64,000 bases of DNA from contig JAUCBJ010005572.1 of assembly GCA_032718475.1 (NCBI GenBank), forward strand, positions 3,058-67,057. The letters run 5' to 3'. Shown here one piece after another: positions 1 to 13,667 of this stretch. The notes beneath the pieces are model-generated. The model was not told the DNA's origin, did no database searches, and saw only the letters and a list, made by a program, of their open reading frames with translations. Each line of letters opens with the position of its first letter. Within the stretch, counting starts at the first letter, position 1. Source of the stretch: Nemertoderma westbladi (taxonomy: Eukaryota; Animalia; Xenacoelomorpha). Made by a program: the position numbers and the translations under genes.

Positions 1-1107
1 GACGGTTTAATTTTGTTGCTATGTAAGCCTAATGTATTATTCGACTGACTGTATTATATAATCTCTGACAATATTATTCACCTTCGGGAATATTAACAGT
101 TCCTTTAGGACGTGGCGCTTTATCTACATAAACAGAGTTATGACTTAAACTACTCACAACGATATGGCTTAATTATAATTCACATATATGGCGCATTCTT
201 TAGGAATGCTTCTTTAACAGACTCACTCATACACAATGCTGCACAATACTGCACACTAATCTGCCAATCTTCACTGATTTTAGTCACATATAAAAGGAAC
301 ACAGGCTGACTCATGTAGGGTCTATCAAATAACATTAGATTCACTTCAAACCACTTTAACATAAGTCACAATCGTTTATCTGTAACCCTTCTCTCTTACC
401 TTCGGTATATCAAGAATATTGGGTTTCGGGGTTGTTTATCGTTATTCCAAATATAATAATTCATCAACCATATTATGAAGAACTGACGGTAAATAGCAGT
501 ATAAAACAACAATGAAAACACTGATTGCTATGAGTTTGCAATGTTTCAGCAGTCAGCATGTATGATCAGTTAGCAGTAGTCTTTAGGTATGTAGTCCGCA
601 GTGAGATATTTACAGAGTGATATTTATCAGTTAAAGGATATATGCCCTTTATAATTAAACCTACCAGTGTACGACTAAAAAACAGTACAGCACAAAATAC
701 TTCCAAGCCGTTCTTTCTTTGGCTCAAGACTGAATGTAAACACTGCACATAGGCATTGCGTCATTTCTCGGAAATTTTCTGTACAAGGAGCCACAAAAAC
801 GCTCTCATTGGCTGACTGAACTGAGAGACGCCGTAGAACAAAGGAAATCAACACGTATGAATGTCAGCTGTTAACCGTAGTCATAGTAACTACTGTTCAA
901 GAGTAGCTATCACCCCTTTGCGTCACGAATTGCCATAGAATCATAAAATATGCCTTTCACAGTACACATATGGAGGAAATAGGTCTTAGATCCTCTAAAA
1001 ACACCGATACAGCAATAATACGGTCTCTTACACTTATTAAATCAACTACAGAGTATTTTAATGTAAAAGATAATAAAAATAACGGGGCAATTCAGCAAAG
1101 GCTTTTA

Positions 1108-1695
1108 CAGATCTCATGGTCAGCCATACACAGTGTCGGCAGACCCAGCTACATAGCGCCCTCAGACCCCACCGTCAACCATGCACAGTGTCGGCAGACC
1201 CAGCTACATAGCGCCATAAGATCTCATGGTCAACCATGCACAGTGTCGGCAGACCCAGCAACATAGCGCCCTCAGATATCATGGACAACCATACACAGTG
1301 TCGGCAGACCCAGCAACATTGCGCCCTCAGATCTCATGGTCAGCCATACACAGTGTCGGCAGACCCAGCAACATAGCGCCCCCAGATCTCGCGGTCAACC
1401 ATACACAGTGGCGGCAGACCCAGCAACATTGCGCCCTCAGATCTCATGGTCAGCCATACACAGTGTCGGCAGACCCAGGTACATAGCGCCCTCAGACCTC
1501 ACCGTCAACCATGCACAGTGTCGGCAGACCCAGCAACATAGCGCCCTCAGATCTCATGGTCAACCATACACAGGGTCGGCAGACCCATCGACATAGCGCC
1601 CTCAGACCTCATGGTCAGCCATACACAGTGTCGGCAGACCCAGCTACATAGCGCCCTCAGACCTCACCGTCAACCATGCACAGTGTCGGCAGCCC
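1108..1695. repeat. 55-bp tandem minisatellite, about 10.7 copies
   Basis: Unit CAGTGTCGGCAGACCCAGCAACATAGCGCCCTCAGATCTCATGGTCAACCATACA; unit starts every 55 bp from 1131 to 1681. The same family occurs inverted at 38553-39058. Confidence 0.95.
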
Positions 1696-3266
1696 CGCGT
1701 TTGATGAAAGTTATTGGCTGACCACATCACAACGTATATTCTCACCAGCAGTTTGCTACATTACAATGTTGTGAACAGGTAGTCCCCCGGGAGAAAACAG
1801 TGCCCGCAATCTTCAGAGGGCGTCAATGCAGGGTGATGCAGGGTTTTAGCAATGAGCAACATCATAGGCAAAGTTGTGATCCTATATAGTTAATAACCCT
1901 ATAGGCCATCATTAGGCAAAGTAGTCTTTGCTGACGACTTCTCTTGTGCTCCTCGATAAACCGTCATCAGCATATGGTTGACATCGCTAGCGCGTTGCAA
2001 AAACTCGATAAATTTCAGTTCTAATCCTATCCCACAGAGGTACAATGAGTCCTAATTTCAATGTGCCCCCCCCCCCCCCCCATCCTACTGGCCAATAAAT
2101 ATAAAAATACAGAATAGGATGGATTTTTCATTTGGTATGCCAAGTTTGTAATTTGGGAAATGCATTCCTACAGTAATGAGTTTGCTTGTAATCTTTACTT
2201 GAAAGTTGAAACAGTTGAGTTTTATTGGCAAACTAAACAAACAGTCTGCGACAGGAATTATAATACGCCGATTTTACAATATGATGAAGCTACAAAGAAT
2301 TTAGGCATTGAACATATTATATTACCTCACTTATTGGTGTGTAACATCGAATAGCCCCATAGTTTTTTTACACGGAAAAGGACAGGCTGTTACTGTAACC
2401 TCGTGCTGTCCAGCACGAGGCCAGATTCAGGGGATAACAGCTAGTTACATAACGGTTATCTATCCAGACTAATGCGTTTCCCCGAGATCCACAACTCATC
2501 ACGAACCCTTTGCCCCGTTCTAACTTCGGCTTCAAGAACTACCAAAAGCTGGGGTTCTAGGCCCCCCAACAGGTCGTCTTAGCCAAGATCCCCTGACACG
2601 CAACGAGTTTCTACGGTATTTTTCCATGGAATCTGTGTTATGCAGAAATGTGTCAACCCCACACAACACCATTTCGAGAAAATTGAGTTTGAAGTTCCTG
2701 ACCACAAATCAAATCCGGGCAAGTTCCCAGATGAAGAGAATTAATACTTTCGGACTGTTTGATGTAAACTTAACTGTTTGACAGTAAAGTATTGTTTGTT
2801 TGATATAAATTAATATGATCCCTTCAATTATTCTGGAATTATGAGCATTTTGTGGCGTAACACATTTCTGCAAAATTGTTTTTGTTCATTAGACATTTTG
2901 TTAAAACATGTTAAACCACATTTTCGGTTTTTTTTGCTGTTCCCAGTGACTTTAACACTGCTAACTTAGCAATCCAAAACCCAGTTCCTCCACCCCCGTC
3001 CGTACTATTATATTAATGACAAAAAATTGACTTTTTATTTCCTTGCATTGTGGTGTACTAATGAGTAATCTAAGGTGAAGTAACAAAAGGCAAAAAAAAA
3101 AATAAAGAAAGATGGATAGCCCTACACAAAGACGGTTTTATGCCTGGGTACACGCATTGATAAATGCACCCGAAGGACTAGAAGTTACATACCCATAATT
3201 CATTCCGAAACGACCGCAGATGGTGTGATTAAAAGTATAGTTAACCGCCATATGAAAGTACACGAA

Positions 3267-3768
3267 GTGGGGACTTCGCGCAGCACGAAGTTGGCAGAGC
3301 CTTAGCGAATTGACACTGTTAGGGGGTAGGTCAATTTATGCAAATAGTCACGTTGGCCCTCTAGCGGCAGACTGGAGAACTGCAGATGGATTCGCCTCCT
3401 TTGAAAGTCACAGCTAATGGTCTAATACATATCTGCCAAGTTTCAGCTTAAACGGATTAAAAGCAAAGAAATGGGAGGGCATTTAATGTTTAGACATGTG
3501 GCCCTCTAGCGGGAGACCATTGCACTGATGGTGTCTGAAAGTCTCTCAAAAATCTCAACTTTTGCTCATATTGATACCTACAAATTTTCAACTTGGCAGC
3601 TTTAAATCCGACAAAGTTATTAGCATGTCAAAATCGTAACGACGACGACAACGACGACGACGACAACGACGACGACGACGACGACGACAACTATTTGCAT
3701 AAATTGACCCACCCCCTAACAGTGTCAATTCGCTAAGGCTCCGCCAACTTCGTGGCTCGCCCCACAAC
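3267..3768. mobile_element. Non-autonomous foldback/MITE-like element with internal (ACG)n microsatellite
   Basis: About 80-bp imperfect inverted repeats (CACGAAGTTGGCAGAGCCTTAGCGAATTGACACTGTTAGGGGG...TTTATGCAAATAGT near 3277-3348 and its reverse complement near 3690-3755); (ACG)n at about 3639-3690; a related arm recurs at about 40046-40140. No clear TSD. Confidence 0.65.
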
Positions 3769-5506
3769 ATGGAGGGACAGAGCAACTACTGTATGACGGA
3801 AATAAGATGGAATAAAACAAATTAAATCCATGAGGAACTTACACAAAGTAATTTACTATTACAGCGAACAACAACAGTACAATAATACTGACCAGAGAAT
3901 TATTCGGTGATAGAGACTCTTACTCTAAACGAACATGAACATGGAAAGTAGCCTTAGAAGTGTCTAGCTAGAGTATTCTGAAAGAGATGGGTGGAGTAAT
4001 ACATACCCCCACATTGCCACATTACACAAACACAATACCTACATCTACTGCAGATAGCATTTTTTTCAAGTAAAATAGAAACACAGAAACAACACCGATA
4101 CAGTAAAATTATTTAATAAATATTTACCGGTGCATATTCAACCAATTTGAATTCCACACTGTTGGTTTGGAAATAAAATATGGGAATATACAGTATGTCA
4201 TAAACTAATGCAATGGGTTCATGTAATAGTCCACAATCATTGTTTTTCTTATAAAAATCATGGCTTTTCTAGTAGACTACATTTAAAAGTTAAGAGTAAT
4301 GTTGGTTAAATCATTTGTGCAGAATTCATTCTTAGTGCCGCATAGGAGAATGTGTCTTTACTGTAAATATCACACGGTCGCATTTCGTAATGACACCATT
4401 GTGGCTCTTCCACATTCCCCTTTACACTAATAAGTTTTACACCTGGCCTACCTATTTACATGTATGTTTACATGTAAACAATGTAAGTTGTAATGTAATT
4501 ATGCTGTAAGAATGTCAATGTAAGTTACATGTTTACAATGTATAAATGTGTTGTACTATATTTTGGGCGTATTAATATTTTGTATATGTGGAACGTATAC
4601 AATCTACGTCTACGAATAACAATAAAAATAATATTATTATGCATATTTATGCTGAATGTAAATAATTGTAATCGGGAATCTTCCATTGAAATAATATTGA
4701 AGAAAAACTATCTGGAACAAACACACGCACACCTGGAGCAACTAAATTCGTATTCGTTTTTTGCTTTTCAAGGCAACATAATTGTGTATAATTTGTTTAC
4801 TTTTTGGAAAATCATCAATAATGCCAGTTGGGCATCAGTCGAATTATTGATAACAACAACATTACCTCACAAAATCTGTCAAAACATTTACTAGCTACTC
4901 CCCATGCTCGGTATAATGCAAGTAACTGACGGACCATAAACACATTTTGATGATTTTAACAGTCTACACGGTACATTAGCAAAAATTGTGCAAAACTCTG
5001 TTAATTTTTCAGTTTAATATGTAGTTTCAATTGGGAGCCATATTAAAGGATGCTAATGGTATAGCCGGAGTCAGTCAGTATGCCGAGGAAGAGGTATGGC
5101 CTTGTATCATTACCATCGTCTATGCATGTAATGGGGTATCACATAGGTTAATGCACGATATTTAACAAGTTTCCCGACTCTTGGATATATAAATATTGAT
5201 GAGAATTGAAGTTAAGATACAGAACAACTCATTTATCGAATGTCAATACAATTTGTCTTAAGCCAGTAACTTTTATCTTTAAACTTTTAACTTACTGTAA
5301 TTGTGTTTTAATAATCAGACTTCTTAATATCACATTGTCAGGAGTACATTTTTACAGTACAAGAAACAGATCCCACCCTAAAAAAAAGAAGCCCAGAAAT
5401 ATCAAGTTATTGACTTACCAAATTTTGATGAAAATGCATTAAAATTCATAGAACATGATTCAATAATAATAATATTATTTTCAAAAAAAAGTCACAATTT
5501 CCCAAG

Positions 5507-5657
5507 TGTACAAAATACAGAAATACAATAGTGTGCTAAAGTATGTAATGTAGCCCAAACTACCAGCAACAGAGCAATCAGCAGAGATCAGTACATTGCT
5601 GTAGGCCTATGAGTCTGAGTGTGTTGAGTATGGGGCGAGCCACGCGGTATCACCACA
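5507..5657 (-). repeat. Gypsy 3' LTR (151 bp)
   Basis: Matches 10227-10396 except for a 19-bp deletion (TGGATATGGATATATCATA) next to the outer terminus; the PPT abuts at 5658-5667. Confidence 0.95.
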
Positions 5658-5702
5658 CCCCCTTTCTAGCATTGACACCGTAGTGCTGGCAATGCTATCA
5701 GT

Positions 5703-8700
5703 CTATAGTCTGCGGGGTGGGCGTCTCACCCGCCGTGGGTAGCTGCGCCGCGGGGGCTCCACCTGAGTTTCGAGCTCTGGGCTCCACGTGACGGTGCGTG
5801 GTGGCCGCGGTGGTGGTGGCGCTGGTTCTGGAGCCAGCTGCGGTTCCAGGTGTGGCGCCGAGGTGTCTGGCAATAGAAGGCGCCGGTTGCGGACCAGGGT
5901 GCGTCCCGAGGGTGTTCGAACCCTGTATTTGCGGTTGGGTGCAACTTCCACTACCACACCCATGCGGTCCCAGCGCTTGGTGGTGGGGTGTTGTATGCGG
6001 ACAGGTGTTCCCAGGGGAAGGGGTGTCAGGGCCTTGGTGCCCTGGTTGTAGCGCCTGACTTGCGCCGCCTGTAGTGAAGGGAGGACCTTGTCCAGGTGCG
6101 CCCGCGTTGCCTGGTGGGTTGCCGCGAATGCCGAGTGGTGCGTGGGAACCCGCGTCCGCGTTGGGTGGCCAAAGAGGATCTCGGCCGGTGACTTCCCATG
6201 CTCCCGAGGGGAGTTGCGGAGTTCCAGGAGCCCCTCCTGGAACCGCGGATTCGTTGTGGAGCCGCCGGTCTTGCTAAGGAGGCCCTTGATGGCCTTGACG
6301 GCGGACTCTGTGAGGCCGTTTCCCTGGGGGTATTCTGGTGATGACGTCACCGGGATTACCCCCCAGTCGTGGAGGAAGTCGATGAAGGAGGCGGCGGTAA
6401 ACTGAGTGCCGCCGTCGGACCGGAAGTGGGTGGGGACCCCGAACCGAACGAATAGTTCCCGTAGGTTGTCCGGAATGTCCGCCGTCTTTGCTGCTGTTGG
6501 GGAGGAGGTGACGGGGTGCACCTCGGGCCACCCGGAGTAGCGGTCGACGAGCACCAGGAAGTCCGTCCCGTTGAGGGCGAAGAAGTCCCCTGAGACTGAC
6601 TCAAAGGGGCGGGTTGCTGGGGCGTCGGCCGTGGCCATGGGTTCCTTGGCCTGGCTGGACTGGTGGTCCATACAGGCGCCGCACGCAGTGACGGTGGTCC
6701 TGACGTCATTGGTAATGCCCGGCCAGTAGACGCACTGGCGGGCGCGCCGGAGCGTTTTCTCCACACCCTGGTGCGGCGCGTGGAGTCGTCGTAGGATGTC
6801 GCGACGGGACTCCGTCGGGACGACGATTCGTTGCCCCAACAGGACGAGACTCTGGTCCGTGGTGAGGGAGTCTCTGATGGACCAATAGGGGGCCAGAGCG
6901 CCCTCGTTGGGTTTGTGGGCGGGAAACCCCGTCTCGATGGCCGACCGTAACGCAGTGTAGTTGGTGTCGGCGTCGGCTGTCCGCGACAGCGTGAGTAGAA
7001 CTGGGTCAGCGAGGCGGTCCGACTCGTCGTCGAGTTGGGCCGCCATGGACGCGGTGATCGAGTGGAGACAGTACGCCATCTCGCCATCGTCGACTACGTC
7101 CCGCGGGGAGGGGTCGTCCACGGGGGACCGGGAGAGCACGTCCGGAATGCGGTGCTCCTTTCCCTTGCGCCACACCATCTTGAAGGAGTAGGGGAGGAGT
7201 CGCGTTTTGAGGCGCTGGAGGCGTGTATTGTCGGTTGCGTCGACAGTGTAGCGGTCAATAATAGTGACCAGGGGTGGTGGTCGACCACTAGGGTGTACTG
7301 TGGGAGGCCGAGGAGGTATAGACGACATTTCTCGGTTGCCCACACTACCGCGAGTAGTTCCAACTCCACCATCGCGTACCGAGATTCCGTCTCGGTAGCG
7401 AACCGCGATCCTCACTCCACGACTCGCCAGTCGGCGCCGTGTCGCTGTAGGAGGGCGTATCCGAGGCCGCGTAGTCGGGACGCGTCCGTTTGGAGCATCG
7501 TCTCCTTGGTTGCGTCGTAGGGTGCGAGGACTGCTGGGGATAGCAGGACGTCCTTGGTTGCCTGGAAGGCGCGCTCGTGGTCCTCGTTCCAAAGGAACGT
7601 ATTCCTGGTGCTCAGGAGGGGCCGCAATGGGCCCAGGGTGGAGGCGATGTCAGCTGTGAACGGGGCCAGCTGTTCGACCAGGCCGATGAAGCTGTGGAGG
7701 TCGGTTAAGTTCGTGGGGCGGGGGAAATGGGAGATGGCCCGGACCTTGTCGGGGTCGGCCTGGATCCCGGTAGCCCCCACGATGTAGCCGGCGAACTTCA
7801 CAGCGGATTGTGCGAACTGCACCTTGTCCGGGTGGAGAGTTATGTGGTGCTCCCTGCACCGCTGCAGGAAGGCGCGGATGCTGGCCACATGTCCGTCGAG
7901 GGAGGCGTTGTGGAGGAGGCAGTCGTCGACGACTTTAGCGAGTTGTGGAAGTCCGAGGAGTGCTTTGTCGCCACGGCGGTTGAACTCGTCCCCGCTGGAG
8001 ACGAGTCCCATTACGCTCCTGGTATGTTTATACCGCCCCCACGGAGTTATGAAAGTAGTGTGGAGCTGCGATTCTGGTTCGAGAGGAACCTGCCAGTACC
8101 CCGAGGCCGCGTCGAACACAGAGAAGAACTTGGACGACGTGTCGATGTCGGAGACGACCGTTCTCGGGTTCGGGGACGGGTAGTATGGGCGTCGCACCTG
8201 TGAGTTGAGGTGTCGCAGGTCGACGCACAGACGCAACTTCCCATTGGTCTTCAGAGCCACCGTCATCGGGTGAACCCAATCCGTAGGTTCGGTGACCCGC
8301 TCGATGACATGGCGTCGCTCGAGTTTGTCGAGGAGATTCTTAACGTCATCCCGGATGGCGTGGGGGATGGGCCGGGCACCGTTTGCGTGGAAGGGAGTGG
8401 CCCCTTCTTTGAGTTCGATACGCATCGGCGGCCCGCTCATCGTGTCGAGGGGTAGCGAGGCGTTGTCGAAGACGTCGCTAAACTCGGCGAGAAGATCCTC
8501 CCAAATCCGCGGAACATCGTCGATGCGGAGATCCGGCGTAGCGTCGCTGATGGAGGCTACCGGGGCGCCGCCCGGGGAACAGCATCTCGCCGGGAAGTTG
8601 GGCGGGAGGATCCCGAGGTTGGTTATCGTCGCCCGAGAGAGGATGAGACCATCGATGTCGGGACAGATATAGATCTCCGTTGTGGCGGAGGCGCCGTCGT

Positions 8701-10164
8701 AGTTTACCCGCACCGGGAGTCGACCAACTGTCTCGAGTGGGAGTTTATTCGCCGCGGTGAAGTCGTCGGTTGATCGGTGCGGGAGGAGGTCCTTATCTTC
8801 GCCTCCGAGTCCGTGGAAGTCGGTCAGACCCATCATGTTTCCAGTGGCGCCGCTGTCTGGGAGCGCATGCCGGATAGTCCCGAGTTCCTTGTCCCGGCGG
8901 GTGTCATGGAGTCCCACCGTGATGTAGCGGAGGCTGCAGGTAGCGGGAGTTGCCGTGACGGATCGGATCCCGAGTCGCGGGATGATCGAGGAGACCCTGT
9001 TGGGTTTGGGGCCGGGTTTCTGGGTCGCCTTGGTACCCTGTCGGCAAACCGCCTTAAAGTGGCCCTGTTTACCACAGCCGCGGCACGTGACGTCCTTAGC
9101 GGGGCAGTTGGGGCGTCCTGCGGCGTGTTGGCGGCCGCAGTTGTCGCATCCCTTGGCAGTATCGGGACGGCGGTTGGACCCGCTTCGCGCTCGGCCCTGG
9201 TCGTCGTTGCGCGGCCGGTTGTACGCGGATGGGCGTCCGCGCTTGTAGGCTGACACCTGAGTGATAGGCTGCCCGCCCCCCAGGATCGAGTCGTTTCGCC
9301 CACTCGCCTCTACACTCTGGCAGATCCTGACGCAGTCCTCGAGAGTCGGCTGGGAGAGAACCTTCAGGAGTTCGGTCCGGGTCTTCGAGCACCGGATACC
9401 GACGAGGACCTGCGTTACTATCTGTTCGTTGCGGCAGTGGCCGCACAGTTCCGCGTTGTCGGCGAGTTCCTCCAGGGCCACACGGAAGGAGTCAAAGGAC
9501 TCGCTGGCGCCCTGTCGCCGATCGTGGAACTTAATCCGGTCGATCGCGACGCTCCGCTTCGCGCGGAGGTGGCCCTGAAGTTGGTCGAGGATCAACTCCG
9601 GCGTGGTCGCATCGTCGTCGATGTCGAGGTGCAGCGTGACCCGGATCGTCTCTTGGAGGCCGCTTCCGAGGGCAGAGAGGAGGGCGTACACCTGCTCTAC
9701 GTTGGGGAACGTCGCCATCTGTTGGCGGTGGGCGTGGACCCACCAGGCTTGGCGCCACCTGCGGAAGGTAGCGTAGTCCACCTCGTTGTCGACGCGCTCG
9801 AGGCTGGCGATGTCGATGACCCGACGTCTGGGAGCCGGGGCCGGGTGAATGGGGAGGACGTCCGCGTTGGGGACCGCCGGTGCCGGACCGGGAATGCACA
9901 TCCCGCAGCCGCTGCGGGGTTCATGGCCGCGAGGAGCTGCGCTAAGCGGGTGTCGGAAGCCGCTTGTTGCTGCGCGAGGATCCGGGCCAAACGAGCGTCA
10001 GAGTCAGCCTGTTGTTGGGCCAGAAGTTGGACCAGATCCGCGAAAGGTGGCCGGGTAGGAGAGGCCGCCATCGCCGCGATCGTGTCTCCGCTATCTCCGC
10101 AGGATGACTCGGAGTCGGAACCTGTAGGTAGCGGGGTAGACTTCTTGCCCTTTGACTTTGACAT
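5703..10164 (-). pseudogene. gag-pol polyprotein with two frameshifts and one nonsense codon
   Basis: Starts MSKSKG; frameshift near 9900; two Zn knuckles (CDNCGRQH...C and CRGCGKQGHFKAVC); protease LPDSGA; RT LRLCVDLR, FDAASGYWQ, VVDD; RNase H TDAS; in-frame TGA at 7412-7414 (VVE*GSRF); frameshift near 7275; integrase HHCC and D,D,E motifs (GDFF, SDGG, ESAVK). Confidence 0.92.
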
Positions 10165-10217
10165 TCTTGCAGTGGGTTAGCCTAAGTGATGGCTACTGAA
10201 GGATCAGCACCAACACA

Positions 10218-10226
10218 CATGCACCA
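10218..10226 (-). promoter_or_regulatory. Primer-binding site, probably tRNA-Gly
   Basis: Minus-strand TGGTGCATG immediately after the 5' LTR is complementary to the ...CAUGCACCA 3' end of tRNA-Gly(GCC)-type tRNAs. The tRNA identity is inferred from 9 nt only. Confidence 0.65.
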
Positions 10227-10396
10227 TGTATGGATATGGATATATCATACAAAATACAGAAATACAATAGTGTGCTAAAGTATGTAATGTAGCCCAAACT
10301 ACCAGCAACAGAGCAATCAGCAGAGATCAGTACATTGCTGTAGGCCTATGAGTCTGAGTGTGTTGAGTATGGGGCGAGCCACGCGGTATCACCACA
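10227..10396 (-). repeat. Gypsy 5' LTR (170 bp)
   Basis: Direct repeat of 5507-5657, followed on the minus strand by the PBS. Confidence 0.95.
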
Positions 10397-13300
10397 CCAA
10401 GTATTATTAAGAGCAACTCCGGAAGTCCCCTTCCCAGAAGTGGTACTCCACCTCTCCAGACTGCCTGCCAATGGCTTCCACATATCAACTGGACACATTG
10501 GTTACTCTACTCTGGTCTCTTGCCCTTGGTCCCACCTGGAGTCACACCGGCTGTCTACCATATTGCGCACAAGGTATATTGTTCAAACTGGTCCGATCCA
10601 ATTTCGCATTGTTTCCTGCATCTTGTGGTGTATAAGACGGTATAAGTAGGTAAGTTGGCCTACATTTTATGCGTTGGACTTAGAATCTCTAGGTACTGAG
10701 TTCAATCGGACCGCGTTCCAGTGAATTTTTTTTGATAAAGTAAGATTGGTAGTAAGTCATTCAAGGAAACAGTTCATGCGTTAGTAGACGAGGACCTTTG
10801 CGCTTGACCATGAGGGTGTAAATTGCGGACATCCCCCCCCCCCCCCCCCCCCCGAGAGCGGCACTGACTATCTTAGAAACAAAAATAAGTTCTACAGAAA
10901 TTATATGTCTTCCCTTTGAATTCATGGTTGAATAGGAAAGCGCATTTCCTCTTACAGATCCATTGTTAGACAGACGAATGGGTTTCTTATCGATTCAATA
11001 TGGGAATAAGCATGGCATAGCATACATAATTGTGGTACTTTTACTTTTATCATTTTGTACACTTTGGTCGATTTGATAGAAACTACAAACAAACTGAAGT
11101 GCTGATGCGAATTCGTTTAGCAGCGGGACATTCAAACATTTCTAAGGAAGCTTTATTGGCGCTGATTCAGCTATGAATGAATCGCTTCTTTTTACGCGGA
11201 AAGAATTATAATCAGGAAACTTGTCAAAGATTGCACAACTTTTGTGAGGATATTTATTCATACTGCAATTGCATTTTGGGCACAAGTTTAGAATAAAAAA
11301 TACTTCATTCATGAAGCATTTTTTATTCTAAACTTGGCTTTAGCCTCGTTTTCGATTTAGATGCAAGGACGCAAACACACCTAGCTGTACGGGAAGCTAC
11401 CACTACCTCTCTTAGCGGCAATGCATCGGCTGTAAACGGCTAGACCGTTTGTGAATCAGCTGCAAGCCGCTAAGTGTCGCTGCAAGCCGCTAAGTGTCGC
11501 TACGAGTATCTACGGAAGGTGTCTTTACGGTTTTGCAGGTAAATCGAAAGGGGAACTTTAACAAACAAGAGTCAAGTTCGGGCTGGTTTGTCATCTGAAG
11601 ATTGTTTGTTGATTTAAGGTTTTATTTTTTTAACGAGCATGGCTTTCCGAAGCTTGGCCTTGGGTATATGCTGATGAGGATTAAAGCAATTAATGACAAG
11701 TGCCTCTTTATAACATTTTATCAACTTCAATGCAATTGGCCTTGCGTTTTCCTTACTGCTCTAAGAGAGAAACATTCGATATCAGATATCATCGATTTAG
11801 CTAAAATTTGGTTGAAGCCAAAGGGCGCATCGTGTGAATTGCGTTACAGAATAGCTTGTGGAACCGACACTAAGTGTCGTAATCCCCACCTTCGCGGGAG
11901 GGCATATTTACTAATGAGACGAAATACGCAATCCCTCAAGTGAAATCAATTTAATTTAGCATGAAAAAGAGCCCTTTGAGTAGGGATGTAAGTAGGTAGA
12001 CAAGGGGACTCTGTCAGTGTCTTATTAGTTAAGAGTATGTACAACTGTTATGTCGTTACTGCCTGGAGTTATATCTATCTCCATTGGTACTCACCAATCA
12101 TTATCATGATGGTAGCTCCACATTGCTTGCGATCTCTCTAAAGGAGTCAGCAATTAATATAATACCGTCACACATAGCCTCCGGATCCAATTCCTGATTG
12201 ATAATTCCTGGAAAACAGGTATCTTTCTTTTGCCAAATCCCCCGTCACTAATGGAACGCACCAATCAAAACTTACTAATCAATAGATAAATTTAGCCCAG
12301 TAGAGTTTTGCCGCCCTTTCGGTATTTCCCTGAACGGAACGATTCTATTTACAGAAAACGTAACTAAAGGGAATTTCTTTAACTTTGATAAGGCTTATGC
12401 ATTTTACTCTGCATGATAAATTTATTTATCATATTTGTCATTATTTGAAAATGAAAACTTGTTATTATTATGGAGATGAAAAGTACCACAATTTGTGCTC
12501 CCTGCTCAGTCAAGTAAATCCCCATTTCTTTTTCTTTATCAAAACTAGTGACTTTCAGCAAACACAGGAATCTAAATTGAACCATGTCTAACACAGGTTG
12601 TCATTGTTCTATAATAGCAGTGTTCGCTAATACGTATCATTTCGCCTACAGGGTAACGCAGGGTTTGGGATTAATTTTGCCATGTCTTCGTTGGTTTCAT
12701 AGGCGGGTTAAGTAAGACCTATCATTATCAGGATAATTGATTTTACTAAACGACCGGCTATGAAAAATATACCAGTTTATGTGACGAACTGATAAAAGCC
12801 GAAGAAGAAGGTCCGGGGACCTGTTGACCAGTTGAGGGACATGTTGGGCGGACTAGTATACATAATCCCACGCTCTGCAGAGTTGTTAGAAGTCAGTTTG
12901 CGTTTGGATTAATTGTTCTTGAGCAAGTATGTATGTATGATGATGGCCTATAAAACCAATGCATTCCACTTTGATTTATGAGAGGGCTATTGACTGCTTA
13001 GCTTAGGAGTTTGACAAAAAGGTTTCAGCAACATTGGCTAAGTGGATGACTGACTAGCTTATCATTTTTAAGTTCTGCGTTTGCTAATTTTTTTAAACAA
13101 TGCATATTGGAGAAGGGGATCCTTTTAAGGTGTTCAAAATGGAATTCTCCAGGGAAAGCGTCTTGACTTACGATACGTAAATTTCTTCAATTCACTTTAT
13201 TGCATGCTTTTTTTTTACCGAGAGTGCATTACAATATCAACTCGATTAAACATTGAGTATTATACTGTTCTTCAATGCACAGTGACCAACCACATTCTAT

Positions 13301-13582
13301 ATAATATACAATAAGGATGATTCAGTTCACCATATCAGATTATATGTATTATTTAAATCAAAGTAAAATAATATAAAATCAATGTAAAAAAAACTGTAAA
13401 ATCAATGTTTGATTGATTTTAGATTATTTTACATTTATTTTACATTGTTTTACTTTGATTTAATTCAAGGAAATATCAATTAGGAGGACAAATATTATTT
13501 CCATCTATATTATTTGCATCAATATTATTTCGCATCTTTGTGAACTTTGCATCTGATTGTTGTTATTTGTTCTATAATATAT

Positions 13583-13667
13583 ACAGACACACACCTGTCA
13601 AGACGTCGAATTTACATATTTTCCATAGAAAATATGTAAATTCGACGTCTTGACGGTGTGTGTCTGT
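13583..13667. repeat. Near-perfect ~85-bp palindrome
   Basis: ACAGACACACACC(T)GTCAAGACGTCGAATTTACATATTTTC, a few-nt centre, then GAAAATATGTAAATTCGACGTCTTGACGGTGTGTGTCTGT. An AT-rich imperfect foldback also lies at about 13352-13463. Confidence 0.85.

Larger units (their letters stand above)
5507..10396 (-). mobile_element. Ty3/gypsy LTR retrotransposon (Mag-like architecture), full length but disabled
   Basis: TG...CA LTRs at 5507-5657 and 10227-10396; 5-bp TSD CCAAG (5502-5506 and 10397-10401); PBS TGGTGCATG and PPT AGAAAGGGGG on the minus strand; gag-PR-RT-RH-IN domain order. Confidence 0.96.

Noticed and set aside
970-1596. Overlapping ORFs across the 55-bp repeat (also 38991-39278)
   Set aside because: The unit length is not a multiple of 3 and similar peptides appear in all frames, so these are repeat artefacts.
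1860-2060. VFADD-containing RT-like remnant
   Set aside because: A single short motif amid stops; too little support.
4529-5442. AT-rich short ORFs here and throughout the intergenic DNA
   Set aside because: Composition-driven I/L/F/Y/N-rich translations with no domain signal.
5631-5645. 14-bp identity TGGGGCGAGCCACG between the gypsy LTR and the foldback terminus near 3751-3764
   Set aside because: Short, with no extension on either side; may be chance.
5726-10180. Many antisense and alternate-frame ORFs in the gypsy element and in both BEL-type elements
   Set aside because: Expected shadow ORFs of GC-rich or strand-biased sequence; no recognisable motifs.
10645-10720. Possible decayed tRNA/SINE head
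   Set aside because: A and B boxes are too degenerate and no cloverleaf can be formed.
11602-11943. 113-aa ORF, possibly a tyrosine-recombinase relic
   Set aside because: No convincing catalytic motif pattern and no associated element structure.
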